From: Vitrella brassicaformis CCMP3155
Taxonomy: Eukaryota; Protista; Chromerida
Assembly (NCBI GenBank): GCA_001179505.1
Contig: CDMY01000770.1
Span: 1-64,000 of the forward strand
Length of the DNA stretch: 64,000 bases
Direction of reading: 5' to 3'
Part shown: positions 50,434 through 62,726 of the stretch, piece after piece
Layout of the letters: every line of letters begins with the position of its first letter
Position numbering within the stretch: position 1 is the stretch's first letter
Notes under the pieces: model-generated
The model's input: only the letters and a program-made list of their open reading frames with translations
Database searches by the model: none
What the model was told of the DNA's origin: nothing
Made by a program: the position numbers and the translations under genes

Positions 50434-52555
50434 ATGCCAGTGCCTCGTCGCGTTTTGAAGATCTTCGCTTATCTCGGCTGCTTATCCATCTGCTACCCAT
50501 TTGCCCTTCATCCATCTCGACAGCCGACCCCGCAGCCGCTGGTTGCATCTGCGCTCTCATCCGCCACGGGTGGGCCGCACCGGTGGATGGGACAGGGCGG
50601 AGGGGCTAAGCAAACCAAGACAGTCCAAGCAAACGCCGTAGACAGCGAGGTGAAGCACTCGACAGTCCCTGACAGGGAAATGTTGACGGCAGAGGTCATC
50701 AACAGGGCCAAAGGATCATTGTTCGGGTGAGAAAAGTCACTCAGAAAGCACCAGACTGCACGCTGATCGTCCTCTCTGTGTGTCATGTGGTTGGTCCGCT
50801 TCAGACTGTTCATTGCTGATGCGTTGGGGATGCCTGCACACTGGTACTATAGCGTTGGGGATCTGCAGCGGCACTACGGCAAGATCACAGACTTTGTCGC
50901 ACCCAAGGAGCCACATCCAGTGAGCTCAAGTCGCGCAAGACCGAATGAGACCCGTCAGGGCAGGGCACGTGTTTGGTGGGCTGGTTGTTCAGGGCAGCAT
51001 CATGTCGTTGAGTTCGACGGGAGGCGGTGGGCGAGGAGGGCAGCGGGGATCCATCATCGGCGATGTCATCAATCACGGTAGGTAGGCACACTGGCCAACG
51101 AAGCACAAGAACACGAGTTCGCCTATGTCGTGCGTGTGGTTGTGTCTTCAGGCAAGAAGCACCTGTGGGGTCAGAGGGGCATCCACTACCATCACGGAAT
51201 GGTAACCAATACTGCCAAATGCATCAATGAATGGCTATCCCATAGAATGGATGGTTCATGAGTTTGTGTGGTTCAGCGTGCCGGCGAGAACACTCTCAAC
51301 GCGTTGTGCGCGCGAGTGGTCATGCGCTCCATCGCAGCGGCGGGCACGTTCGATCCGCAGCACTCGCTCAACGTAAGCAGTGGCCAGCCACCACACAGCA
51401 GAGAGGGAGTGAAGCGATCGTCCTGCTGTCCGTCCTGTCCTGTGCGGGCGATCGATCAATGCCATCAGGCGTACGTCAAGTTCATGACGACTCCCGGGTC
51501 GCACAACGACACATACGCCGAGACCTACCATCGCATGTTCTTCTCGGTCAGTGCCGATAGCATAGCAGAAACGCGTCAAGAGTGAGTCAACATACCTTCT
51601 CGTGCTTGCCTTTGTGGACAGAATTGGCACCGAGGTGTGAAGCCCGAGCAGTGCGCTGACAACGACGGACACAACACGGATTCTGTGGGAGGGATGGTGG
51701 CTTTGCCTCCCGTGGCCACGTGGGCCGCTCTGACAGGCCAGAGTGCCGAAGAGGCGGGCAAGGCCGCTGCCGCACAAGTGGCACTCACACGTAAGCTGGC
51801 AGATGAGATGACAAACCCATGGCACACGGACACGTTTCGCTATTTGGCTTGCTTCAGACCGGTCCGATACGTTGCAGAAGTACGCCATTCTCTACGGCCG
51901 CATGATTGCCAACCTCATTCGTGGCGCGGACCTGCGGCAGGAGGTGCAGGAGGCCGCCCGGGCGGTAGGCTTTGGCAAGATTGCATCTTACATCGGGCTG
52001 GAGGACACCCAAGTGGTCGGCGGGATGCTCAGCCCTGCCTGCTACATAGGTAGGTTAGGTGAAAGAAAGGACGTCCCTCACTCGTCTGTCTGTCGGATTG
52101 TGTGCATTGCAATGGATTGCACTGCAATGGTGCGGCTGCCTACCTTTCTGCAGACGACTCATTCAAGACGGTGCTCTACTTCGCTTACAAGTATCATGAC
52201 AGGTACACAGGACGGTATGGTGTGGCCATCTCCATGGCACAGATGGACGTTCGTCTGTGTGGCGTGTGGTCAGGCCGGAAGAGGGCCTCATCGGAAATGT
52301 GAATTGTGGTGGGGAGAACGTCCATCGGGGGGCGACACTCGGCGCTCTGCTTGGGGCAGCCAACGGCCTCAACAAATGGCCAGAGAGATGGTGAGCAAAG
52401 TGTCGGAAGGCCGCGTAACCCATTCACACCATGTGGCTGTGTGTGAGTGGATCATCAGGGTGAAGGGCTTGGCTGAGAGTGGTGCCATCCAGAGCGAGGT
52501 CGACAAGCTGATCGAGACGGCAATGCCTGCAGGGACGCTCAAGTCGGAGCTCTAG
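50434..52555 (+). CDS. ADP-ribosylglycohydrolase (ARH/DraG family) protein; multi-exon
   Basis: NRAKGSLFGLFIADALGMPAHWYY; HYHHGM..AGENTLN; YVKFMTTPGSHNDTY; DGHNTDSVGG; GMLSPACYI; NCELWWGE region; ends TLKSEL*. Confidence 0.8.
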
Positions 52556-53171
52556 CAGAACATGAGCTGTGCGGACCGAGGCAAAGGCGGCGCGAAGCGC
52601 TGGCAAAGCTGCTTGTTTGTAGTCTTACGTGGTGCATGGGGTGAGGTGAGTGTGCAGCTGGGTGGGCGGGGGCGGGGGGTGGAGTGAGGGTCGGTGTGTC
52701 GATAGACATCTGAGTTCCACTGAATGTCACGTAATTGTTCGTATCTCAGGAAAAAGAGACACGCACTCGCCAAAGCCACAAAGTCAGGGAGACTCAACCA
52801 ATGGTCCCCCACATAGGCAGGTCTGTCTCACGTCCAGCAATCAAAGCGAATCGACCGCACCGCCACTCCACTTAGCTATACAAGTACATATATATGTAGA
52901 TCCGCATACACACAGAGATAGAGTGAAACAGAGATAGAGAGAGAAACAGACAGCCTCAACCAATCGATGGATGATCTGGAGGACGCCAGATCCCACCCAC
53001 GACTCACTCACTCATGGATTCATGAGGAAAAAGTGACCTTGCCGATCTCTGTAGATATGCACACCACACTCACACCAACCAAGTATATATAGCAAAATGC
53101 CGCACATACGATGCGATTCAGGAAAAAACCACCGCCTCATCCATCCATCCATCCAGCCAGCCAGCCGCCAG

Positions 53172-56100
53172 TCAGTTTGGCTCCTCATTGTCACTGTCCT
53201 GGTAGATTCCCTGCAGTGCCTTGGGCCGCCAGGAGCCGTCGCCCATGGGGGCGTGGTGCATGAAGAAATGCACCACCTGCCGCGTGGATGGCCGGTCATC
53301 TGGCTCGAACGCCCACAGCTGCGAGATGAGGTGCCGGATGGGGAAGGGCGCCCCGGGGGCGATGCGCTGCGGGGGCAGACGCTCGACCAACACGCGACGC
53401 CGCATCTCGTCGGGGTCCTGTGTACACACACACACACACACACATACACAATGATGCAGGCCATCGTGGTTGTTGGGACGGGATGTGATTTGATGTGTGT
53501 GCCGACCGTTTCGATCTCTTCGCCACCCCAGATGATGTTAAGGATGCAGCCAAGAGACCACAGATCACACGCCAAGCCAACGTCCTGCACACACCACACC
53601 ACCCACGTGTGTGCAGTGCATTGGTGTGGTTGAATGCCACACATCACATGCATACCTGCACGTTAGAGTCGAGGGACTCAGGCGGCGAGTACTCGACAGT
53701 GTAGCGGAAGAAGTCGTCCTTCTGCAGGACACCACCCTCCGGCAACTGCACCATGGCCCCCAGGTCCATCAGCATCAGACGACGGCCGATCTCACGGCAC
53801 TCGGGCAAATACTAAAGAAGGGCGGACAGCGCCACAGAGAGCAGCAGAGAGCAAAGGATCTTCTGAGTGTGTGCAGTGTTTGTCCGGTCATGTAGCTTAC
53901 GAGCATATGTTGTGCCTTGAAGTTCATGAGCAGCCTGCCCTGCTCGTGGCATGCGGCCACCATCTCCACCAGGCTGTGGCTCAGCTCCAGCGCCTCAGCA
54001 CACGTCAACACGCGACCGCTGGTGCGCGGAGACAAATGCTGAACCAACAGGACCGCCCAGCCCATTAATCACACGTACCCTTTCTCTTTTGTGAACACCC
54101 CTGCTCTGCCTACCTCGTGGAGTCCGATGGCTGTGTATGCCTCCGAGCCGCTGGCGGGCAGCTCGACAGCGACGGCAGGTCTGGGCATGATGGCCTCCAG
54201 TAGCTCCAGGGGCTGCAGGTCACTGGGGGACGAGGGGAGGTCAGACACCGGCGTGAAGGCAAACGACACACCTGACACACAGAGAGACAACAAGACAGGA
54301 CAAGACAAGACAGATCAGGGGGTTCACGATGGATGGATGCATAGGTTTTTCTGGGTAGGTGACCGACTTACCGCTGAGTCGGCCTATGAATGGCATCTTC
54401 CGGGCTATGGTGCACTCGTAGAAGTTGACGCACTCCCGTACAGCCGCATCGAACACAGTCAGACCTGCACACACACAGACGTCGTCATTAGAGCGTGCCA
54501 GGATCCCACTCGTGCGCTCAGACATACACACCGAGCTCTGTGTTGTAGACGCGCAAGGCCACAGCCTGCTCTGTGCCGAAGGGCTGGTCATCACCGTGGA
54601 ACAAGTCAGCACGATATGTCTGCACCCACACCCACACACACACGGCAATATAATGCCCATCACATACGCCACGCCGGCATTGCTGTCATCCTGCTCTCAC
54701 TCACCACTGCGAAAGTGCCATCCCGCAGCACCACAGGAGACCCGTTCCGCATGTGCACGTCGGTGTTGTCTTTTGTGAACCGCCAGTCCTTCTTCAGGGG
54801 CTCGGGAAGCTTCTCGAGTGCCATCTTCTTGGCCAGGGCGAAGTTGCCCAGCATGTCCACCACTATGCGCCACCGATACGAGTCGCCACGCTCGCGAAGG
54901 GACGCCTGCAGCACAGACACGCCACCCACGTGTGTAGATGTGAGTGAGGCAGATGGGTGTGGGCCCAGGGCTGGTATGCCGTACCTGTTGATACGTCTCT
55001 AGCAGCCTGCCGACGTCGGACTGCATGAAGTCGTTTTCGTTGTCCCACTGCTCCTCCCACAGGGCCTTGGCGCGCCGGAACAGCGACGAGGGGGCGGGCA
55101 CTCGCTGACACCTCTGGGCCTCCCTCACCAACACATCGTACACCTACACGTGAAAAAACAGGGGTATTCTTAAGGCGTTCGGCCTTGCTCTCACGTGTGT
55201 TTGTGCACTTACGTGTCCGATGGAAGGTCTGTCCATCTGGTTTGGTTGCAGCATGGTGCACAGGAGCTCCTGGATGGCTGCAGGGGCGACCTTGGGCAGT
55301 CTGAGGTACGGCAAACCGTTCTCAACGATGTACGCCTCGATGTCATGATAGTCCTGATACACCACACAGCCACAGAGGTTACGCTGGCTCCCTCTACGTG
55401 TGTATCCGGTGTCCCTTTGTTTCTCACTCACTGCGAATGAAAACTCCTCTCCGCCCCAGATGACGGCGAGAATGCAGCCCAGCAGCCAGATGTCGGTCGC
55501 CTTGTCCACACACTGATACATACATCGACACAGGGAGGGAGGGAAGATGAGCACACACCACCCCATGGCTGGAATCCCTTCACTCTCTGACTGACCTGGA
55601 CGTCAGGATCGAACACCTCCGGCGGGCTGAACGCAGGTGTCGTTCGGTAACCTGCACACACACACATGACACCACAAACATCAATGCATGACAGCGTCTC
55701 CCTGTATCAGTCGATTGCCCCTGGCTGCTCACGGTAGTCGTCTTTGGCGAGAGTGGTCTCCCCGTGCTGCAGGCGCACCATGCCGCCCATCCCACACAGC
55801 CGCACCGAGAAGCCGTCCCGCAGCACCAGCACGTGCTGCGGCTTCAGGTTGTTGAGCAGCAGGCCCTTCTGGTGGCACCTGCGCACTGTCTGGGCCAGCT
55901 CCAGCGATATGCGGGCCTTCTGGTGAGACGTCAAAGGGCGATCTTCGTGCGTCAGGCGCTGCGTGCAGTGTAAGAGAGAGAGAGGGGCGAGGGAGCAGTG
56001 TTCGTGAGATGGTGTGCGAGGTGGCCAATGCTGACCTGTGGGAGTGGCTGTGCGGATGAGGGCAGCTCGAGGGACACGGCAGGTCTGGGGAGAATGGCGT

Positions 56101-57950
56101 CCAGGACGTCATAGACCGACTCGCACTCGGAGTACGCCGGTGCCAGGGAGAGGGGGTCGTCCAGGCAGCTTGTGTACGTCAGACACACACCTGTGGACGG
56201 ACGGCATGACCCATCCGTCCATGGATGCGATGCACCAGGGAGAAGTGTGTGTTATGCGAGCCCGCCGTGCATGGCACAGGTACCCTGAGTGGTGAGTGTG
56301 TTTGGTATGGCCCCCTGCTTGCAGTATCGGAGGTTGAGCACCTCCTGCGTCGCCAACGCATATGCAGTCGACAAACTCTCTGCATACAAGAGGCCGCTCA
56401 GCATATCGTGTGTATACGTATGTCGTGTCTCTGTCGAGTCGCTCACTTGAAGCCTTGCATCGTATCTTGTAGACCTTGAGAGCTGACTTGGACTCGCCCG
56501 CCGAACTTGCAGACGACACCGAGTACACCTGACCAACACACATCAACACATACGCGCACGTCACTCGCACATTGGTCCAACCATCTCTGCCCACACGCAC
56601 CTGTGCGTATGCGCCCTCCCCGATGATGTCTCGTGTGCGGCCCGACTGGTCCGCCGCACTGAGCACCAGGTGGGGGTAGTCGGACAGGTCCTCACGGCAC
56701 TTGCTGATCTGTCTCGCTGTCACCCGCAGCAGACGCACCAACTCGTGCCACAAACTGCCAGAATCAGAGCTCTCCGACGCCTGGCCACCAGAGAGAAAGG
56801 CAAAGATGGTGATTAAGTGTGTGTCGTGTCGCCAGCAAATTGCTGAGTGGCTGGGTGACCTCCTTGTAGCCCTGCAGGAGTGAGGCCATGTTTGAGTCGA
56901 GGAAGTGCTTGTCGCTGTCAAAGTTGGAGTCGAATATCGTCTCGATGGATTCACGCAGCGACTCCACTGACGCCTCACCGCCACACTCACACTGCACACA
57001 ACAAAGAGGTAGGGGTACTGTACATGCATCGACGTGTCCGCAACTCTCACATCCCTGCAGACCTCGTCATCATGGCCAACATGTGCAGGAGGGCTCTCGG
57101 CGGCCACCGAGCAGGCCATCTCAGAGTCGTCCGAGTCCAAGACGGTCCTCCCTGGCACCTGCGGCCTCCCCTCTTCGCCCCACGACTGCGACGACTCGTC
57201 CTCGTAAACCACCGACGGCCAGGGCTCCCACTCGCCCGATGACCCGTCGTGATGGTCCTGGTCGTGCTCATCGTCGCTCTCAGACCTGGCGAAGCTCGTT
57301 CGCCAGAACCGCCAGGAGTCTGCAGCTGCTGCAGGTGGTGAGCCGTCCTCCAACGCATCGTCAGACTCACGTCTGCACCAATCAAGGAAAGGAGGACATG
57401 TGTGTATGGTCTGAGTAGCCGGATACATCTGGTCTGTTGTGTACCTGGATGATCGCAGTCCGCTCGTGAGGGGCTCGTCGGATGGGGGAGTGCTCCTGTG
57501 GGACGGCCGAATGCCGGAAGGGGTGGAGGTAAGGGTGTCGAGCCGCGAGTAGCCATGAGCAGATGACTCCCCGCAATGGGACTGCTCATCCGCCGCCCCG
57601 CTGTCAAGCTCCAGGGGCAAGATGTCGTCCATCCCTGATGCGGCGGCCGAACAGGGATACTCCTCGCCACTCATCTCGTGCGTCTTGAGCCGTACCCTCC
57701 GGGCCAGCAGCCACACGAGAGGTTCCATGCCAAGCCGAAACACAGTCATGGCATCTTGATCACCAAAGGTGCTGTCGTGTCTTGGGAAGCGGAGCAGCCT
57801 CATGAGGAAGCGCACGACGCGATGAGTAAAGGACAGTGACGCAGATGGGTTGGAAGGGGGAGAGAGGGGGTGCGTCACGGGGAGGGAAGGCGGAGCGGAG
57901 CCGTCGTCACATGCCAATTGCGCCTCGTCCGCTGAAGCAACGGACCTCAT
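53172..57950 (-). CDS. Tandem double pseudokinase with a long acidic, disordered N-terminus; multi-exon
   Basis: Domain 1: IIGEGAYAQV, ALKVYK, LLLNNLKPQHVLV, LCGMG, FSPPEV, DIWLLGCILAVIWGGEE, DRPS. Domain 2: LRDGTFAVV, LLMNFKAQHML, MDLGAM, YSPPES, DLWSLGCILNIIWGGEE, DRPSTRQV. Confidence 0.75.
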
Positions 57951-58067
57951 CGGAAGAAAACACACGCTGCGCGTCGGTCGAAGTTTGAGCTGACACACGA
58001 GTGACGTTTCCTAGAGGAGATGGTCAGGATCACTGGCGTAAAAGCCACGCACGCAGATCTTCGCAAC

Positions 58068-58092
58068 TGCGAGCTTGACAATGCGAGCTAAG
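58068..58092. promoter_or_regulatory. Tandem TGCGAGCT(T/A) motifs in a 154-bp divergent intergenic region
   Basis: tgcgagcttg at 58068 and tgcgagctaag at 58082. The same motif occurs at 14, 28, 19250, 34048(rc), 48699 and 48806(rc), all near predicted starts. Confidence 0.4.
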
Positions 58093-58104
58093 AGTGAGAG
58101 GCGC

Positions 58105-60538
58105 ATGGCTTCTCTTTATCGCGCCTACACGCTCCCCAAGGATCGGCCGGGGCGGTTTGGGCGGGCAGAGTCTGATTCGATTGCGGCATCCAATGAGACC
58201 AGCCAGCATGACTCAATCGACATCGACACAAACACCAAGAGAAAGCGACAGCGGTCGGCGGCCACGAAGGCAGCGCCCGAGACGGACGTGCTCGGCCTGA
58301 TGACAAGGATCTGGAGCCAACAAATATCGCCGAGGAGAAAAGACAAGCCGAAGTCCCCCAAGCGAGACAGAAGAGAAGACACCGACAAGGTCGGCGAACT
58401 CAAGAATCAGCTGGAGGAAATGAAGGCTGAAGTGAGCAGTTTGCAAAGGCGCAGCATCGCCCGCAAGTCTGACGCAACGACACTGCGAGCAATCGATGAA
58501 TTGCGCGGGTCAGCAAGACCCTCTGGAAGGCCTCCACGGGAGCTGAGGGCGCTGGACGAGCGGATGCAAGATATGCAGAGACAATGGGAACGACAGCTGG
58601 AACTCCTCACGTCTCACTTGGATGGCCGGGAAAGGGAGGACGAGAAGATACGGACGGAACTACAAGAGCTGAGAAGAGACCGAGACGCAACACAGCAGCC
58701 CCTCCATCGCCGGCTAGAGCGTCGAGTTAGCGACCCTGCCTCTTCCGTCCCGGAAACGGCAACGATTGCAACCCCGCCTTCACAGACCGTCGTCGCCCCT
58801 CTGGAATCGCCACGACGCTTGTCGGCCATCAGCCAGCGCATCAACGACGCAGCAGAGAGGATGGGAAGAGTGGAGAGAAGGCTGCAGACTTTGGAGAGAG
58901 ACCTTGAAGACATATTGAGCACTCATGCGGTGATGAGGGAGTGCATTGTTGCGGTGCGCGATGAGCTGAACGCTGAAATTACCGACTTGAAAAGACAAAC
59001 GGGGGAAGACAGAATAACTGTGGAGAAGGCACTTGCCGATATAAAGAAGTCCATTAAGGACGAGTCTTTTGCCATGCGCAAGGCCCTGACTGAGGAGAGA
59101 GAGTGTCGAAGCGAGGGGCTCGAGAAGATTCACTGCGCGATCCAGAAAGACAGGGCTGCGGCTGTGAGAGAGTTTGACATCCTGCATGAGCACTGTGAAC
59201 GAGACCGGGGACAACGGAAAAGACTGACCACCAAAAGGGTACGCTGCATGGAATGAGACACACAACACACACACCAACTTTGGAATGTGGCTTCCTCTCC
59301 TGAACAGATCGGTCCCGAAGACATTGATAGGAGACATGTAGGTTTGCCAGGAGAAGAGCCTGGAGCAGATGTTCCCCTTTCTCCGAGCATGTCGCACGGC
59401 ACAGTGATCATCATCTCATCATCTCAATCGCCGGCGGTCTCTTTGCTGAGACATCAGATCGTATTCGACTCAAACGGTACGCTGTTGCCTCCTAGACATA
59501 TTTAGAAAAAGACACGCACTCTCTGTTGCCTCCCAGAGACGTGTTGTACGCGCAAGACAACGGATTCCGACCGCTGCTGGTATGCGGGAGCACACAAGAT
59601 GAGCCAGGCCAAAGACACACACACAACCACTCTCTTTCGAAGTAGGTCATCGGCTGTCCGCCATCACTTCGGGTCAGACCTCCAGAGGAATACCTCCGCC
59701 AGCTGCGGCAAGCTGTCTCAGAAACGTTGGAGGACCGCGCAGCCGTACTTCCATGTAAGTGTATTACTGATGTCGGCGTGCAGCTGCTGACTTTGGTTGG
59801 GAGCATGTCTTGCGAATATGTGTGTGCAGTGAATGAGGACGCCACGAATGCCGTCCCACAGCCGGGGCACTTCCGCAACGTGCTGGACGTGAGCAAGAGG
59901 ACTCTTGGTGACGGGGCGAGGCTCTGTCCTGGGCGTTTCTTTGTCATTGCCGCCATGGGTACGGTATACCATACCGCATCCTCTTGATTGATGTACCTGA
60001 TTCTCCTCCATTTTTGCGTGTATTGCGCGTGCCTTGATGAACGTTTGTCTGCAGCAGTTCTCTGCGTGCTGGCTCCTTCGTGAACGCCCTTGTGGATCCA
60101 CACGAAGCTGCTGCTGCCATCGCAAGGACACTCGGTGAGTAGGCAATATATACATCGATAGATAGACAGATAGATACGCCTTCGTTGTTTGCAGTTGCAT
60201 GCCATTGGGTCGCCATAATAGAGGAATGGGAGGGCTGTAAGGAGTCCAAATGTATTAGGCCTGAAGACGTCAACAACTTCATCCGGACAGCAAATCTGCC
60301 GGTACGCCGCTCATAGTCAGGTCTTCGCTCAGCACCTCTGGTCCATGTCTCATGCTCCTGTGAATTCATGCAGGAATCGATCAATCGCATTCTGACGCTG
60401 CAGTCGCAGACCGTCATCGTGCGGGGTCCCCCGCTGTGTACAGGGGTGTATGGCTCTCTGGCTGCGCCCCATGCCGTGTACGAGCATTTGTTTTCCGGAG
60501 ACAAACGAGGCATTGTCATAAGACAGGAAAGCAAGTAG
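58105..60538 (+). CDS. Hypothetical protein with a long coiled coil and an unrecognised C-terminal domain; multi-exon
   Basis: ORF 58075-59256 is heptad-rich. Strong + donors and acceptors at ~59237, 59330, 59757, 60137, 60238 and 60302 extend it (..LYAQDNGFRPLLVIGCPP..SFVNALVDPHEAAAAIARTL..) to TAG 60536-60538. One junction near 59889-59958 is unresolved. Confidence 0.5.
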
Positions 60539-60662
60539 CGTGTCCTGCCCTGTGTTGAGACTTGCATGTCTCACGTACATGTTTGCACTACGTGTATTTG
60601 TACACGAAGCGAAGCACACAATCGCATTGAGTCGTCGGTTGACACAGTTGAGGACGATATCG

Positions 60663-62533
60663 ATGGCCGGCATCATGCTTTCGAGTGCGTTTGTGTGCCT
60701 CGCGGTTGTGAGTGTCGGGTCGGTGTCGCTCACTGGTCGGCTTCGAGATGTGCCGTCGAAGCTGCAGGAGGTCGCCACCCTCAACGCCCAGCTCAAGTCA
60801 CTCGCATCGGTAACACAATGAAAAGCATCCACTCAGTCACTCATCGGCCGGGTGAGGGTCTTTTGTGTGTGTGCAGTCGGGTCAGTCGTCGTACCGTTCG
60901 TAAAAAGACGGCTCCGGCCGATGGCGTCTCCTTGTCCATGTAAAGTGACGCCGCTGCGAAGCCGTCCTCGACGAGTGTGCCGTGGTGCATGAGCAGTGCA
61001 CCAGGCAGCACAGACGAGGACACGGACAGACCAGCCTCATCCTAAGACACACACAGAGAGGGAGAGAGATTGCTGTGTGTCTCATGGCCATGACGTGTGT
61101 GTGAATGAGTGTACCTGTGCAATGACGATTGGATGGCCGGCCGAATGCTTGGCGAAGTGCCACCTGCCCGACGGGCCGCTCGGCGGATCGATTACCTCCC
61201 AATTGCTGGATGATAAAGCATACAGACAGACAGAGACATTGATCAAGTTGTCTATGTCCTTGAACTGAAGCTCTCACCAACAATCAGTAACAGACGCCAC
61301 ACGCACACACACACACACCCCTCTCTGTCTGCACTGGGGTGTCTATGTGCAGATTATCGGGGCGTCATGGGTGTGTTCGCCTCCGGCCGCGCTTTGTTCC
61401 ACTCGTTCGCGTGCGGCTTCCGAGGCGATGAAAGTTTGGTCGGCGGTGCATTTTCCCACACACAGCCAATGCCGCAGCTCACCGCAGCCAAAAAGAGGGA
61501 GGGGAACCCTTCACCACAGCAAGGTGAGTGTCCTCACCCAACCACATAACACACCCATATGTAATGTCTCGCTGTCTGTGTATGCCGTTCGATTCAGTGT
61601 CGACGCCCGGCGCTCCCTCACCCTCACTGGCCGCAGCGGCCGTGCCTCGTCAGTGTCTGTACACCATGCCCGACATGCCCACGATCGAGTGAGTGGGCAA
61701 GCAAAGGAAGCAACACGCAGCAGGCAGTATTGTTGTGTCTGTCGTGTGTGCAGGGATTGGGAGGACGGCGAGTGGGGGTGGGTGGTGCTGCGCGAAAGAG
61801 GAGAAGTCATCGCCTCGGCAGCGTCGGTGAGCATTGCACTAACACACGCACGCACACACACACACTCCCTCTGTGTCTGTGTCATCAGAGTGCACGTAGC
61901 GCGTTGCTGCTGAAGGACATTGCTTGTGGCCCGATGACGATGGGCGTCTCCCTCGAGCTGAGGGGCGACGACTGTGCGGGCGGACCGACCTTCAGATCTC
62001 ATGGGCCGGACAGGCGATACATCGTCACACTCGATGCACCCACGTCAGTCAGACACGGCACATGAGACACAAACACACACAGCGACATGGCAAGTGTCTC
62101 TTGTGTGTTCAGAGGTCGTCTGTTGCTCAAATCTCAGAACGCCGCCTCCCCAGTCGTCATCGCATCCAACTCCGTCCCACTCACATCCGGGTGAGATTGC
62201 CCAACGCCAGCGTCATGTGTGTGATATGATGTGTGTGTCCATGTGCCTCAGTTTGGTGTATGACGTGCAAGTGACTGACAAGTCCATCACGCCGACCACC
62301 TCACTCGTGTCGATCAGCATCGACGGCCACACAAAACTGCACAAGGAGATCCCCAAAGACAACACACCAGGCAACCAGACACACTGACACACAGACATTC
62401 ATGCAGACAGATAGCTAAGGTGTGTGTGTGCATGTTGCGTGCAGGTGGTGTGGGATTGTTCATCGAGAGGGGTGATGTCGAGTTCAAAAAATTTCATGTC
62501 GGCCCGCCCAGCGACACAGAACAATTCGACTGA
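60663..62533 (+). CDS. Secreted ConA-like/LamG (DUF1080-like) repeat protein, apparently interrupted by an inverted segment
   Basis: Signal exon MAGIMLSSAFVCLAVVSVGS; DYRGVMGVFASGRALFHSF (a domain end); a complete second domain from EDWEDGEWGW..SALLL..GGPTFRS..YIVTLD..YDVQVTD..ISIDG to GGVGLFIERGDVEFKKFHV..*. The segment 60895-61200 codes on the minus strand. Confidence 0.5.
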
Positions 62534-62726
62534 TCAACGCGTTACACAGACAAACACAGACAGACAGACAGACAGAGAGACAGACACATGGATGTGTACA
62601 TGCTGCATGACTCATGGATGACCAAAGTCACCGACAGATTGATATCCGTGTGTCTCGCCTTGTCTTGAGACTTGCATGTATGTCTCTATGAAGACGGTCC
62701 GCTACAGCTATCCACCCACATGCGAA

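Noticed and set aside
59492-60205. 237-aa minus-strand ORF with CPGCG
   Set aside because: Strong donors and acceptors here are on the + strand and extend the coiled-coil gene, so this ORF is most likely an antisense shadow.
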